Below are positions 41,485 through 51,717 of a DNA stretch of 64,000 bases, piece by piece. A program made the position numbers and the translations under genes. Source of the stretch: Candidatus Eiseniibacteriota bacterium. GTDB lineage: Bacteria; Eisenbacteria; RBG-16-71-46; CAVPCR01. The stretch is taken from NCBI GenBank assembly GCA_963702435.1, contig CAVPCR010000002.1:224001-288000 (forward strand), written 5' to 3'. The first letter of the stretch is position 1; each line of letters begins with the position of its first letter. The notes below the pieces were generated by a model that had not been told where the DNA came from, did not search any database, and saw only the letters and a program-made list of their open reading frames with translations.

Positions 41485-42306
41485 ATGGTCAACGCGCTCA
41501 CCGTCGATCTCGAGGACTGGTACCACTCCGTCTACTCGCTCACCCCTGCGGACTGGGAGACGCTCGACGATCGGCTGGTCCCGCCCACGCGGCGGCTCCT
41601 CGCGCTCCTCGCTCGCCATCGCGCCCGCGCGACGTTCTTCGTGCTCGGCGCGGTGGCCGAGCGCCACCCCGAGCTCGTGCGCGAGATCGCGCGGGCCGGC
41701 CACGAGATCGCGAGCCACGGCATGCACCACCGTCTGGTCTACGAGCAGACGCCGGACGAATTCCGCGCCGACCTCCGCCGCTCGCTCGAGATCCTGCGCG
41801 CGGTGACCGGCGAGCCGGTCATCGGGTTCCGCGCCCCCTACTGGACGATCACCGAGCGTTCCCTGTGGGCCCTCGACATCCTCGCCGCGGAGGGGATCGC
41901 CTACGACTCGAGCATCTATCCGGTCAAGACCTACCTCTACGGCATCCCGGGCACCCCGCCCGGCCCGCACCTCCGCGCGCTGGCCGGCGGCCGCCCGCTC
42001 CACGAGGTGCCGCCGTCGACCGTGTCGGTCCTCGGGCATCGCATCCCGATCGGGGGCGGATTCTACATGCGCGCCTTTCCGGGCCGCTTCCTCATCTGGG
42101 GCATCGAGCGGCTGAACCGCACCGGGCTCCCCGCCGTCGTCTACATCCATCCGCCCGAGTTCGACCGCGACAAGCCCCGGCTCGCGCTCCCGCTCCGGGA
42201 ACGGATCTTGCACTACCACGGCCTCGGTACGGTCGAACCCAAGCTCGAGCGGATCCTCGAACGCTTCCCTTTCGCACCGGTCCGCGAGCTCCTGGGGTTG
42301 CGATAG
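41485..42306 (+). CDS. Polysaccharide deacetylase, DUF3473/PEP-CTERM-locus type
   Basis: NALTVDLEDWYH, ATFFVLG, GHEIASHG, GFRAPYW, YDSSIYP, GGGFYMR, YIHPPEFD. Confidence 0.9.
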   Translation: MVNALTVDLEDWYHSVYSLTPADWETLDDRLVPPTRRLLALLARHRARATFFVLGAVAERHPELVREIARAGHEIASHGMHHRLVYEQTPDEFRADLRRSLEILRAVTGEPVIGFRAPYWTITERSLWALDILAAEGIAYDSSIYPVKTYLYGIPGTPPGPHLRALAGGRPLHEVPPSTVSVLGHRIPIGGGFYMRAFPGRFLIWGIERLNRTGLPAVVYIHPPEFDRDKPRLALPLRERILHYHGLGTVEPKLERILERFPFAPVRELLGLR

Positions 42307-42385
42307 GAGTGACATAGGACGCTGTCCGGCCCCCGGTTGCGGCAGCAGCCGGTCCGCGAGCAGCCTACCGAAACGAGGCACCACG

Positions 42386-43555
42386 ATGCGCATCGCGGTG
42401 ATGCTACGCGCGATCGCCGAGGATCAGGGAACGGGGATTTACACCCGGAACCTGGTGGAAAAGCTCCTCGCCCTCGACCACGAGGACGATTTCTTCCTCA
42501 TCCACCGCGATCACCGCCACGGCCTCGGATTCGAGGAACACCCGAACGTGCACGAGCTCTGCGTCTCGGCCCCGGGCAAGCTCCTCTGGGACCAATCGGC
42601 CGTCACCCGCGTCGCCGCCCGCGAGCACGTGGATCTCCTGTTCAGTCCCAAGTTCACCGCCCCTCTCCTCGCCCCGTGCCCCACGGTGATCTCGCTCCAC
42701 GGCTCGGAGTGGTTCACCCATCCGGAGCGCTACAAGCGCCTCGACGTCGCGTACGTGCGCCTTCTCACGCCGCTCTACTGCCACCGGGCGGACGCCATCC
42801 TCTCCAACTCGGAGCTCACGACCCGGGACTTCGTCCGCCTGCTCAAGGTACCCGCAGCGAAGATCGTCACCATTCCCTTCGCGGCCCATCCCATCTTCCG
42901 CCCGGTCACGGATGAGGCCGAGCGCGAGCGGGTCCGGCGCCGCTACGGGTTGCCGCCGCGCTTCCTCCTCTTCGTCGGCAAGATCTACCCCGGAAAGAAC
43001 CTCGGCGGTCTGTTCGAAGCGTTCGCACGCCTGACGAGCGCCTACCCGGACCTCGGGCTCGTGGTCGTCGGCGACACGCGCTGGGCCTACGAGAGCGACT
43101 TCGCCCGCGTCGCGGCCCTCGGGATCACCGGCCGCGTGCTCTTCACGGGCTGGGTGCCGCAGGGAGATCTGCCGGCCATCTACTCGCAGGCGGAGCTCTT
43201 CGTCTTTCCCTCGTTCTACGAGGGTTTCGGGATCCCGGCGGTCGAAGCCATGGCCACGGGCTGTCCCGCCGCGGTGGCCGCGACCGGCGCCCTGCCCGAG
43301 GTCACGGGCGGCGCCGCCGAGCTCTTCGATCCGGCCGATCCCGCGGACATGGCGGACAAGATCGCCGCTCTTCTCGCCTCGCCGGAGCACCGCGCCGAGC
43401 TCCGGCAGCGCGGCATCATCCGGGCCCGGGACTTCAGCTGGGACAAGGCCGCGGCGGCGACCCTGGACGTCTTCCGCCGCGTGGCCCGAGGCGAGGACCC
43501 CAAGCCCCGGCCGGCTCCCTCCCCGCCCGCGAACGGTTTCCATCGCGCCGCCTGA
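42386..43555 (+). CDS. GT4 glycosyltransferase (MtfB-like)
   Basis: LFVGKIYPGKN, FVFPSFYEGFGIPAVEAMATG, FSWDKAA. Confidence 0.92.
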   Translation: MRIAVMLRAIAEDQGTGIYTRNLVEKLLALDHEDDFFLIHRDHRHGLGFEEHPNVHELCVSAPGKLLWDQSAVTRVAAREHVDLLFSPKFTAPLLAPCPTVISLHGSEWFTHPERYKRLDVAYVRLLTPLYCHRADAILSNSELTTRDFVRLLKVPAAKIVTIPFAAHPIFRPVTDEAERERVRRRYGLPPRFLLFVGKIYPGKNLGGLFEAFARLTSAYPDLGLVVVGDTRWAYESDFARVAALGITGRVLFTGWVPQGDLPAIYSQAELFVFPSFYEGFGIPAVEAMATGCPAAVAATGALPEVTGGAAELFDPADPADMADKIAALLASPEHRAELRQRGIIRARDFSWDKAAAATLDVFRRVARGEDPKPRPAPSPPANGFHRAA

Positions 43556-43765
43556 CGGCCGCGACGTCGTCCCGCCTCATCTGACTCTGGCGCCGGTGAG
43601 CCGGACCGGCTAAGATGCCGCCCCGTACCGGCAGGAGGGACCATCTGCGGGTCGTGCCCGCCCGCAGGATTTCGCTCCTTCCCGCAAGCGAGGCTTCGGT
43701 GCGGCACCCTGCGCGGGAAGAGGATCCCGCAGCGGCGCCCGCCCTGATGAAAGGAGTGGGGTCCA

Positions 43766-46700
43766 GTGAGCCGATCCACGCTGCCCGGAATCCCCTGTGG
43801 TTTGTGGAGTCTGATCCGCCGTGCGGGCACCACCCGGATGCCTGCCGGGCACCACCCCGGCGGAAACGCCCCGGCCGCGCTTGGTCTCGTGGTCGCCCTC
43901 ACGGTCGGGTCCCTGGGCATGGTGGCCGGGACCGCGACCGCCGTCCTGTTCATGCCGACCGGTGACTCGATCACCGGGGGCACCCGTTCTACGGATGGTC
44001 TCGGCTTCCGCCCGCGCCTCTACACCCTGCTCAACGGCACCGGCAGCTACGACTTCGTCGGCCCGTCGGGATCCCCTCCGCACGAGGGCTACTTCGACGG
44101 CGCGCTCCGCGTCGAGAACTTCCTCGCCGGCGGCAACCACGATCTCGCGCCCATCATCGTCGACTACGATCCCGAGGTCGTCGCCATCCATCTCGGCACC
44201 AATGATGTGAACTCGACGCCCGGGCCCTACGCTCCGTGGTCCACCAACCACGCGACGCCGACGACCAACCCGAGCGGGGACCTGGGCGCGCTCATTGACT
44301 ACGCCCTCAGCGCCAATGCCGGCGGCGTGAACCGCGTGGTCATGAGCCGCATCGTCCCGATCCAGGGGCGCGATGAGGACATCGCCGATTTCAACCGCGA
44401 GGTCGTGCGCATGGTGCTCGACTACCGGAACGGCGCGGTCACCGGCAGTCCGGAGCCGGTCACCCTCGCCGACCACTACCGGCACTTCCTCGGCAACCCC
44501 GACCTCTTCTCCGGGAACGCCAACGACTGGATGTACGACTTCCTCCATCCCAACGATGCCGGGTACGACGAGATGGCGGACGTCTACTTCGACGCCGTGC
44601 GCGAGGCGCTTGCGGACACCGATCCTCCGGATCCGGTGGATGACCTCGCGGTGGCCACCGTGAGCGGGAACTCGGTGCTCCTCGTCTGGACCAACACGGG
44701 CGACGACGGGCCGGACGGAAACCCCGCGTACGCCGACGCTCGCTATGCGACCGGGTCGATCTCGACCAGCAACTTCAGGACCCAGGCGCAAGGCGGCGAC
44801 TACGAGTCGATCGGCGCCGGCGGCGCCCTCACCGGGACCCGGCTGGCCGGCCTCTCCGCCACCACCGCCTACAACTTCGCGCTCAAGCTCATGGACGACG
44901 CCGGGAACCTCTCGGCCATGTCCAACCCTACCGCGGCGACGACGACCGGTGACTCGACCTCCTGGCGGGACACCTTCACGCGGGCGATGTCCGGGCCCGG
45001 CCCCGACTGGAACGGCCCGGCCTTCATCGTGACCGGGAGCGAGCTCGAGAACACCGCAAACGACTTCGCAACCGCCGTCTTCACTCCGGTCCGGAACGCC
45101 GTGAGCACCGAGATCACCTGGGGCGCCGGCGCCGATGCGGCGGGCATCCAGCAGGCCGGGATCGCCTGCCGCCTGGAGAGCGCGGACCCGGCGGCCGTCG
45201 ACGGCTACCTCGTTTACCGCAACACCGGGGCCAATCAGACGCTCACGCTCCGCGAGCTCGTCGACGGGCGCCCGGGCACCCTCATCCAGAACGTGCCGGC
45301 GGCCCTCTCGGCGCCCCAGGCTGGCGATAGCTTCCAGGTCGTCCTCACCTCGGACGCCTCCGGCCATCACTTCGCGGTCTTCCTGAACGGAGCGCAGGAC
45401 GGCGTCCTCACCGATGCGCTCAAGCGCCGCGGCAACGACGCCTACTACTGCGGGATCACGACCGACGGCCGCCTCAACAACAACATCGCCGACTGGGTGC
45501 TCGAGTCGAACCCCATCAACCTGCCGCCCGCCCCCTTCAACCTGCTCACGCCGGCCGACGCGGCCCTCCTCCCGAACCTGAATCCCTACTACGACTGGCA
45601 GGCGAGCGCCGACCCGAACGGCGACCCGGTCACCTACACGCTCTACCGATCCACCGATCCGGCCTTCCCGCCCGGCGCGACGACCGAGATCGGCGACCTC
45701 GCCGAGAGCTTCTACACGACGGGCGAGCTCCTCATCCCCAACCGCACCTACTACTGGAAGGTGCGGGCCGAGGACCCGCAGGGGGCGTTCACCTTCTCGA
45801 ACACGACGCGCAGCTTCTCGACCGACGACCTGCAGCAGCTCGGCGACGACTTCGAGCGGACCGCGCTCGGCCCGGACTGGGCGGCCGATCCGAGCGCCTA
45901 CGTGCTCGCGAACGGCGAGCTCGACGGCATCCTCCCCGGCTACACCCACATCGCCGTGTACCGGCCGGTCGAGAGCCCGGTCTCGATCGAGTGGCAATGG
46001 GCCGAGACCGCCGTTCAGAGCGCCCTCGGCCAGGCCGGCGGGCTCCTCGGCCTCGACGGCGACGGCACCAACGCGAGCGGCTACTTCGTTTTCCGGAACA
46101 CGACCGGCGTCCAGCGCTGGGGCGTCTTCCGGGTGGACAACGGGGCCCTCAACGGATCGCTCGGCATCGACCAGCCGGGCCGCGGCCCGCTGCCGGGACC
46201 GGGGGATCGGATTCGCATCGTCTTCACGAGAACCGCCACGGCTCACGTCTTCGACTGCTACGTGAACGACGTGTTCGACGCGCGCATGACCGATGCGCAA
46301 CGCCGCTACGGCACGGCACCCGTCACCTACGCGGGTCTTCTCCTCGGCGAGAACGGCTCCAACAATGTCGAGAGCTTCGCGGCAATGGGCCGCGACCTGA
46401 ACCTGCCGCCGGGGGCCTTCTCGCTTCTCGCGCCGCTCGACGGCGAGCGCGTCCTCTCTCTCTCGCCGTTCCTCCGCTGGGAGGCGGCAGCCGATCCGAA
46501 CCCGGGCGACCTCGTCACCTACACGGTGATCTACGATACCGACCCCGCGTTCGGCTCGCCGGACAGCCTCGCTCCGACTACCGCCACCGAGACCGCGTAC
46601 TCGGGTCCGCTCTCCACCGGAGATGCGATCCACTGGCGCGTGACGGCCGTCGACGCCGGCGGCGGGAGCGCCGTCTCGCTCCAGACCTGGTCGTTCCAGT

Positions 46701-48154
46701 TCGCCCCCATCCTCACCTTCGTCGACGATTTCAACCGGGCGCTCCTCGGTCCCAGCTGGGGCGGCGACACGAACGTGATGAAGATCGTGGCGAACGAGCT
46801 TGCGAATACCTCCGGCAGCTCGAGCTTCGACATCGCGGTGTATGCGGCGCGCTCGAACCCGGACGCTGTCGAGTTCAGGTGGAGCCCGAGCGCCAATCAG
46901 GACGGGATCCGCCGCGGCGGCCTCGCGCTCCGCCTCAACAACACGAGCGGCACCCCGTCCGGGTACCTCGTGCGGATCGACCCGGTGGCCAACCAGGGGT
47001 GGCTCGATGAGATCCGGAACGGGGGCGTCAACACGCGCCTGGCCGCCGTTCCCGGGCAGACGCCGGCGCCGGGACCGAACCGGCGCTTCAAGGCCGCCAT
47101 GAGCACCGACGCCGCCGGCCATCACTTCGATCTCTACGTGGACGGCGTCTTCCACTCGCGACTCACCGATCCCGGCCGCACGCAGGGGAACGGCGCGGTC
47201 CTCTATGCGGGCGTGGCGCTCGGCGGCCTGAATGCGAACGAAGTCGACGACTTCACGATGACCGCGTTCAACTTCGGACCGCCGCCGGTGAGCTTCGCCC
47301 TCCTCGCACCCGCGCACGCCGACACCGGGGTCGCCGCCGTGCCCTCCTTCCGCTGGCGCGCGGCGGGAGAGCCTGGGCTCCTCTACACGGTGTTCGTGGG
47401 CACCGACTCGTCGTTCGCCGCCTGCGACTCAGTGGCTGCAGTGACCGACACAACGCTCACGTGGCCCGAGTCGCTCAACCTCGCCACCAATTACGTGTGG
47501 CGGGTGCGCGCCACCGATGGCGTGGCCTCGAGCTTCAATCAGAACGGCTGGCACCGCTTCCGCACGACCGCGGTGAGCGCGGTCGAGCTCGCGAGCTTCA
47601 CGGCCCGCGGCGAGGCGGGCCAGGTGCGGCTCGAGTGGGCGACGGGGAGCGAGACCGACCATCTCGGCTTCCACGTCTGGCGAGCGGACGATCCCGCCGG
47701 AGAACGCGTGCGGCTCACTGCCGCCGGGGCGCTCGTCACCGGCCGCAGCCCCTACACCTACGTGGACCGCACGGCGGCGCCCGGCGTGAGCCATGCGTAC
47801 TGGATCGAAGCGGTGGATCGCGCCGGCGGAACCGAACGCTACGGGCCGGTGGTCACCGCCGCCCTCGCCCCGGCGCTCGAGCTCGCGCTCCATCGCATCA
47901 CGCCGAATCCGGGAGCGGCACCCATGACCCTGCGCTTCGACCTGCCGGCGGCCGCCCCGGTCCGCCTCGTGCTCTTCGATGCGAGCGGCCGCGCGGTGCG
48001 CTCGCTCGTCCGGGAGTCGCTCGCGGCCGGGCAGCACACCGCCGTCTGGGACGGGCGCACGGAGAGCGGCGCTCCGGCCGGCTCCGGGATCTACTTCGCG
48101 CGGATCACGGTCGGCGACTGGACGGCGGCCCAGAAGCTCCTCCTCATGCGATAG
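43766..48154 (+). CDS. Large secreted SGNH/GDSL esterase + Fn3 + 3x(beta-sandwich + Fn3-like) + FlgD-Ig/T9SS-like CTD
   Basis: AAAGGAG RBS; hydrophobic signal; GDSIT, LGTND, DFLHPN triad; repeats start 44969/45845/46724; VELASFTA domain; WDGRTESG..SGIYFARI..KLLLMR. Confidence 0.85.
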   Translation: MSRSTLPGIPCGLWSLIRRAGTTRMPAGHHPGGNAPAALGLVVALTVGSLGMVAGTATAVLFMPTGDSITGGTRSTDGLGFRPRLYTLLNGTGSYDFVGPSGSPPHEGYFDGALRVENFLAGGNHDLAPIIVDYDPEVVAIHLGTNDVNSTPGPYAPWSTNHATPTTNPSGDLGALIDYALSANAGGVNRVVMSRIVPIQGRDEDIADFNREVVRMVLDYRNGAVTGSPEPVTLADHYRHFLGNPDLFSGNANDWMYDFLHPNDAGYDEMADVYFDAVREALADTDPPDPVDDLAVATVSGNSVLLVWTNTGDDGPDGNPAYADARYATGSISTSNFRTQAQGGDYESIGAGGALTGTRLAGLSATTAYNFALKLMDDAGNLSAMSNPTAATTTGDSTSWRDTFTRAMSGPGPDWNGPAFIVTGSELENTANDFATAVFTPVRNAVSTEITWGAGADAAGIQQAGIACRLESADPAAVDGYLVYRNTGANQTLTLRELVDGRPGTLIQNVPAALSAPQAGDSFQVVLTSDASGHHFAVFLNGAQDGVLTDALKRRGNDAYYCGITTDGRLNNNIADWVLESNPINLPPAPFNLLTPADAALLPNLNPYYDWQASADPNGDPVTYTLYRSTDPAFPPGATTEIGDLAESFYTTGELLIPNRTYYWKVRAEDPQGAFTFSNTTRSFSTDDLQQLGDDFERTALGPDWAADPSAYVLANGELDGILPGYTHIAVYRPVESPVSIEWQWAETAVQSALGQAGGLLGLDGDGTNASGYFVFRNTTGVQRWGVFRVDNGALNGSLGIDQPGRGPLPGPGDRIRIVFTRTATAHVFDCYVNDVFDARMTDAQRRYGTAPVTYAGLLLGENGSNNVESFAAMGRDLNLPPGAFSLLAPLDGERVLSLSPFLRWEAAADPNPGDLVTYTVIYDTDPAFGSPDSLAPTTATETAYSGPLSTGDAIHWRVTAVDAGGGSAVSLQTWSFQFAPILTFVDDFNRALLGPSWGGDTNVMKIVANELANTSGSSSFDIAVYAARSNPDAVEFRWSPSANQDGIRRGGLALRLNNTSGTPSGYLVRIDPVANQGWLDEIRNGGVNTRLAAVPGQTPAPGPNRRFKAAMSTDAAGHHFDLYVDGVFHSRLTDPGRTQGNGAVLYAGVALGGLNANEVDDFTMTAFNFGPPPVSFALLAPAHADTGVAAVPSFRWRAAGEPGLLYTVFVGTDSSFAACDSVAAVTDTTLTWPESLNLATNYVWRVRATDGVASSFNQNGWHRFRTTAVSAVELASFTARGEAGQVRLEWATGSETDHLGFHVWRADDPAGERVRLTAAGALVTGRSPYTYVDRTAAPGVSHAYWIEAVDRAGGTERYGPVVTAALAPALELALHRITPNPGAAPMTLRFDLPAAAPVRLVLFDASGRAVRSLVRESLAAGQHTAVWDGRTESGAPAGSGIYFARITVGDWTAAQKLLLMR

Positions 48155-48155
48155 C

Positions 48156-49127
48156 TCACGCGCCGAGCGCGCCGCCGGACGTCGGGGCGGGCGGAGCGGC
48201 GGCGGTCGCGTCCGCCGCTCCGCGCAGGAAGGCGCCGGGCAGGAGCCCGACCAGGGTGACGACGCGTCCGACCAGGGCGAGGAGGAAGGCCTCGCTCGGG
48301 CTGAGTCCTGCCTGCCCGAACAGCGCCACGTACAGCCCCTCGCGGATGCCGATGGCGTCGACCGAGATGGGGATGCGCGAGACGAAGAGGTCGAGCGGGA
48401 TCACGAGCAGGAAGACCGGCAGGCCGAGGCCGTAACCGAGCGCCCTCGCCATGCAGTAGGCCGCGACGACGGGGATCAGCTGCTCGAGGAACGACCAGGC
48501 GGAGAAGCGGGCGAGCGCTCCATGGTGCCCGCGGTAGACGCGGAACGCCGTCGCGAAGCGCGCGATCGGCGCCGGCAACCGATCATGCCACGGGCCGTGC
48601 AGCGCGAGCGCGAGGCCGCCCACCCCGAGCCCGACCGCGGCCAGCGCGAGCCCGAGGAGCGGCGCCAGGTCGCGGCGCGTCCCGAGCACGAACCCGCCCA
48701 GGGTGAGGACGATGAGCGCCGCCGAGGCGATGAGCCCGAGCAGGCGCTCCATGACCACCGAGGCGGTCACCGCCAGCGCGCGCTCCTTGCCTCCGCTCAC
48801 CTGCATGATGCGGATCACGTCGCCGCCGACTCCGGTCGGCAGGAAGCTCCCGTAGAAGGTCGCGACGAAGTAGCTGCGCACGAGCGCGCCGAGCGAGCGC
48901 GCGACGCCCTGCGCGGTGAGCAGCAGCCGCCACTTGGCCGCCATCACCACCCGGTCGAGCACGACGCAGGCGAGAGCGGCCGCGATCCAGGCCGGCCGCG
49001 CGCCGGCGAGCGCGGCCAGGATCTCGCGCCCGCTGACGAGACGGACGACGAGCGCGAGCGCCACCGCGCTCGCCAGGACGCGGGCGATGAGACCCGCCCG
49101 CCGGCGCCAGGGCGGGCGCGCGTTCAC
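48156..49127 (-). CDS. Lysylphosphatidylglycerol-synthase-TM / flippase-like membrane protein
   Basis: AAKWRLLL, FLPTGVGGDVIR, VMERLLGL, IPISVDAIGIREG; GTGA overlap. Confidence 0.88.
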   Translation of the reverse strand: MNARPPWRRRAGLIARVLASAVALALVVRLVSGREILAALAGARPAWIAAALACVVLDRVVMAAKWRLLLTAQGVARSLGALVRSYFVATFYGSFLPTGVGGDVIRIMQVSGGKERALAVTASVVMERLLGLIASAALIVLTLGGFVLGTRRDLAPLLGLALAAVGLGVGGLALALHGPWHDRLPAPIARFATAFRVYRGHHGALARFSAWSFLEQLIPVVAAYCMARALGYGLGLPVFLLVIPLDLFVSRIPISVDAIGIREGLYVALFGQAGLSPSEAFLLALVGRVVTLVGLLPGAFLRGAADATAAAPPAPTSGGALGA

Positions 49128-50281
49128 CGCGGCTCCGCGGGCGGGCGCGCGGCGGACGCGGCGCGACCGGCCGGCGCCCGCGCGGCGTGGGCCGCCTCGT
49201 AGACCGCCAGCGACTCGCGGGCCGCCTTCCGCCAGCTGAAGCCGGCGGCCTGCTCCCGCCCGCGGCGCGCGAGCTCGGCGGCGAGCACCGGATCGGCGAG
49301 CACGCGGCGGATCCCGGCGGCGATGTCCTCGGGCCGGTACGGATCGACGAGCACGGCCGCCTTCCCCGCGACCTCGGGACCGCATCCGGTTCGCGACGTG
49401 ACGACCGGGCACCCGCAGGCCATGGCCTCGACAATCGGAATTCCGAATCCCTCGTACAGAGAGGGCAGGACGAGAAGCGAAGCCAGATTGTAGAAAGCAG
49501 GCAGGTCCTCGTCGGGCGCGAATCCCACCTGCATCACGCGATCCTCGAGACCGAGTTCCTCGATCAGGGCGACATCGGCGGCATACTTCCAGCGCCTGAA
49601 ACCGACGGCCACGAGCGGCTGCGAGAAGTCGCCGCCGAGTAAGGCCAGGGCGCGGAGAAGGTTCGCGAAGTTCTTGAGCGGGCTGAGACCGCCGACGAAG
49701 AGAATGAAGCGATCGGGCAGCCGGTAGCGTTCCTTGACGGCGGCGAGGTCGGCCGGAGCGAGCGGTCGGAACCGCGCATGCGCGGCCTCGTGCACGGGAT
49801 GGAGCTTCCGGCGATCGGCCCCGATGTAGCCCACGATATCGTCGATCCCCATCTGGGTGGTCGAGATGATCGCCGCGGCGTGCCGGCAGAAGAGCGGCAT
49901 CATGAGCCGCGTGTAGAGGCGATCGTGGCGCTTGAACACCTGATGCACCGCGAACTGCTCGGCGCCGTGGAGGGTGAACACCGAGGGCCGGCCGGAGAGA
50001 AGCGGCACCGAGAGCTTGGGATTCACGATGAGATCGAGGGCGAGGCGGCGGGCGGCGAGCGGCACTGCGATCTGGTCCCAGCCGAGCCTGGTCGGGAAGC
50101 GGACGAGGACCTCCTCCACCCGGCGCCGGCCGGCGTAGGTGCCGAGAAGGCTCGGGTGATCGTAGAGGAACACGAACTCGTGTCCCGACTCGAGGCCGAT
50201 GAGCTCCTCGATCAGGTTGACGGTGTAGACCTTGATCCCGCCCAGCTCGCGCAGGTTGCGCAGCATGAATCCTATTCGCAT
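49124..50281 (-). CDS. GT4 glycosyltransferase (paralog of 42386 GT4)
   Basis: MRIGFMLR.., FVGGLSPLKN, LPSLYEGFGIPIVEAMACG, FSWRKAA. Confidence 0.92.
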   Translation of the reverse strand: MRIGFMLRNLRELGGIKVYTVNLIEELIGLESGHEFVFLYDHPSLLGTYAGRRRVEEVLVRFPTRLGWDQIAVPLAARRLALDLIVNPKLSVPLLSGRPSVFTLHGAEQFAVHQVFKRHDRLYTRLMMPLFCRHAAAIISTTQMGIDDIVGYIGADRRKLHPVHEAAHARFRPLAPADLAAVKERYRLPDRFILFVGGLSPLKNFANLLRALALLGGDFSQPLVAVGFRRWKYAADVALIEELGLEDRVMQVGFAPDEDLPAFYNLASLLVLPSLYEGFGIPIVEAMACGCPVVTSRTGCGPEVAGKAAVLVDPYRPEDIAAGIRRVLADPVLAAELARRGREQAAGFSWRKAARESLAVYEAAHAARAPAGRAASAARPPAEPR

Positions 50282-50292
50282 GGCGGCGTACT

Positions 50293-51717
50293 CTACTCGC
50301 TCGGCACCAGGCCGTCGAGGAGAGCGGCGAGCCGGGCCGCGAGCGCCGGACGTGCGTACGGCGCGAGGAGCCCCGCGCGCGCGGGCGGCACCGGCGGACC
50401 CTCTAAGAGCCAGGCGGCGAGGACCCGGGCCACGCCGGCGGCATCGCGTGGAGCGAGGACCGCGCTGCCGCCGGCCGCGCGGACCAGGTCGGCGGCCGGG
50501 CCGGGCGGCACCAGGGCCAGGATCGGTCGTTCGCTCGCCAGATACTCGAAGATCTTCCCCGGCGTGATGAGGCTCCCGGCCGGCTCGTCGGCCTCGAGGA
50601 GAAGGAGGAGATCGGCGGCCGCCATCTCCCTGAGCACCCGGGCGTGGTCGACGGGCGGGGCAAACTCGACCACGTCGCCGAGCCCGGCCGCGGCCACGAT
50701 CGCGTCGTTCACGCTCTCCCGCGGGCCGATCTGGCGCACGCGGAGGCGCGCGCGAAGGTCGGGGTGCGCCAGGAAGAGCTCGGCCAGCGCGGCGGCGAGC
50801 GGGGCCAGGGTGCGCTTCCCGGAGAGGAGCCCGGTATGCGCGAGGAGGATCGGCCGGGGAGCCGCGGCGGCCCCCGGCGCCGCGGCCAGGCCCGGAGGCG
50901 AACCGGCCGCCGATCCCGGCGGCGCCGCCGCCGCCCGCTCCCGCGAAAAATCGCGGAGCGGCGTGAGATCTTCCGGATCGTACCCGTTCGGGATCACGGC
51001 GAAGCGGGCGGCCGGGATCCCGGGATGGCGGGCCAGGAAATCGTCCCGCGTCGCCTCGTTGGTCACGACCACCCGGTCCGCCCGCTCGAGCACGCGCCGC
51101 TCGAGCCACTCGTGGAGGCGGCGGTGGAGCCCGGTCGGGGCGGCGAAGGTGAGGCGCCGGACCCAGGGATCGCGAAAGTCGGCCACCCACGGGACGCCGG
51201 TGCGCTCGCGGAGGACGAGGCCGACGAGATGCGCGGTATCCGGCGACGAGGTGGTGAGGAGCGCATCGATGCCGCCCCGATCGATGCGCGCCCGCGCCGC
51301 GGCGAGGGCGAACGGGAACCAGCCGGCGTAGGCATCGGGAATGAGGAGCACGCCCGAGAGGCGGCGGAGCCAGGCGAAGGAGCGGCTCGAGCGGACGACC
51401 GGGGCGGGCGCCTCGCCCGGCGCGCGGCTCCGCGCGCCCGCGGCCGCCGGTTGCGCCCGCCCCGATCGCGCCCACCCGAGGAGCGCGTGCCCGGTCAGGG
51501 CGCGCGTGCGATGGACTACCGTCCCCGGCGGGATCTGGGCGGCGAGGCCGGGGTCGAGCACCCAGTAGTCGGCGGCGCGCCCGGTCACGATCTCGCTCCG
51601 CCAGCCGAGGGGCGCGAGGTACTTCACGAACTGCACGGTGCGCTGGACGCCCCCGCCGCCGAGCGGCGGGAAGAAGTAGGCGATGAAGAGCACCGTGCGC
51701 CGCGCCCGCGCCGTCAT
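50293..51717 (-). CDS. GT4 glycosyltransferase
   Basis: IAYFFPPLGGGGVQR, WVADFRDPW, IPNGYD, PGKIFEYLASERPIL. Confidence 0.9.
   Translation of the reverse strand: MTARARRTVLFIAYFFPPLGGGGVQRTVQFVKYLAPLGWRSEIVTGRAADYWVLDPGLAAQIPPGTVVHRTRALTGHALLGWARSGRAQPAAAGARSRAPGEAPAPVVRSSRSFAWLRRLSGVLLIPDAYAGWFPFALAAARARIDRGGIDALLTTSSPDTAHLVGLVLRERTGVPWVADFRDPWVRRLTFAAPTGLHRRLHEWLERRVLERADRVVVTNEATRDDFLARHPGIPAARFAVIPNGYDPEDLTPLRDFSRERAAAAPPGSAAGSPPGLAAAPGAAAAPRPILLAHTGLLSGKRTLAPLAAALAELFLAHPDLRARLRVRQIGPRESVNDAIVAAAGLGDVVEFAPPVDHARVLREMAAADLLLLLEADEPAGSLITPGKIFEYLASERPILALVPPGPAADLVRAAGGSAVLAPRDAAGVARVLAAWLLEGPPVPPARAGLLAPYARPALAARLAALLDGLVPSE

Noticed and set aside
43744..43765. CTGATGA as hammerhead ribozyme core
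   Set aside because: No stem II followed by GAAA; the adjacent AAAGGAG is better explained as the RBS of the large gene.
43610..47317. 1235-aa minus-strand ORF, and similar long ORFs such as 19223-21655, 22250-24943 and 53953-56655
   Set aside because: Antisense shadows of real genes; stop-poor frames are expected at this GC content and they show no motifs.
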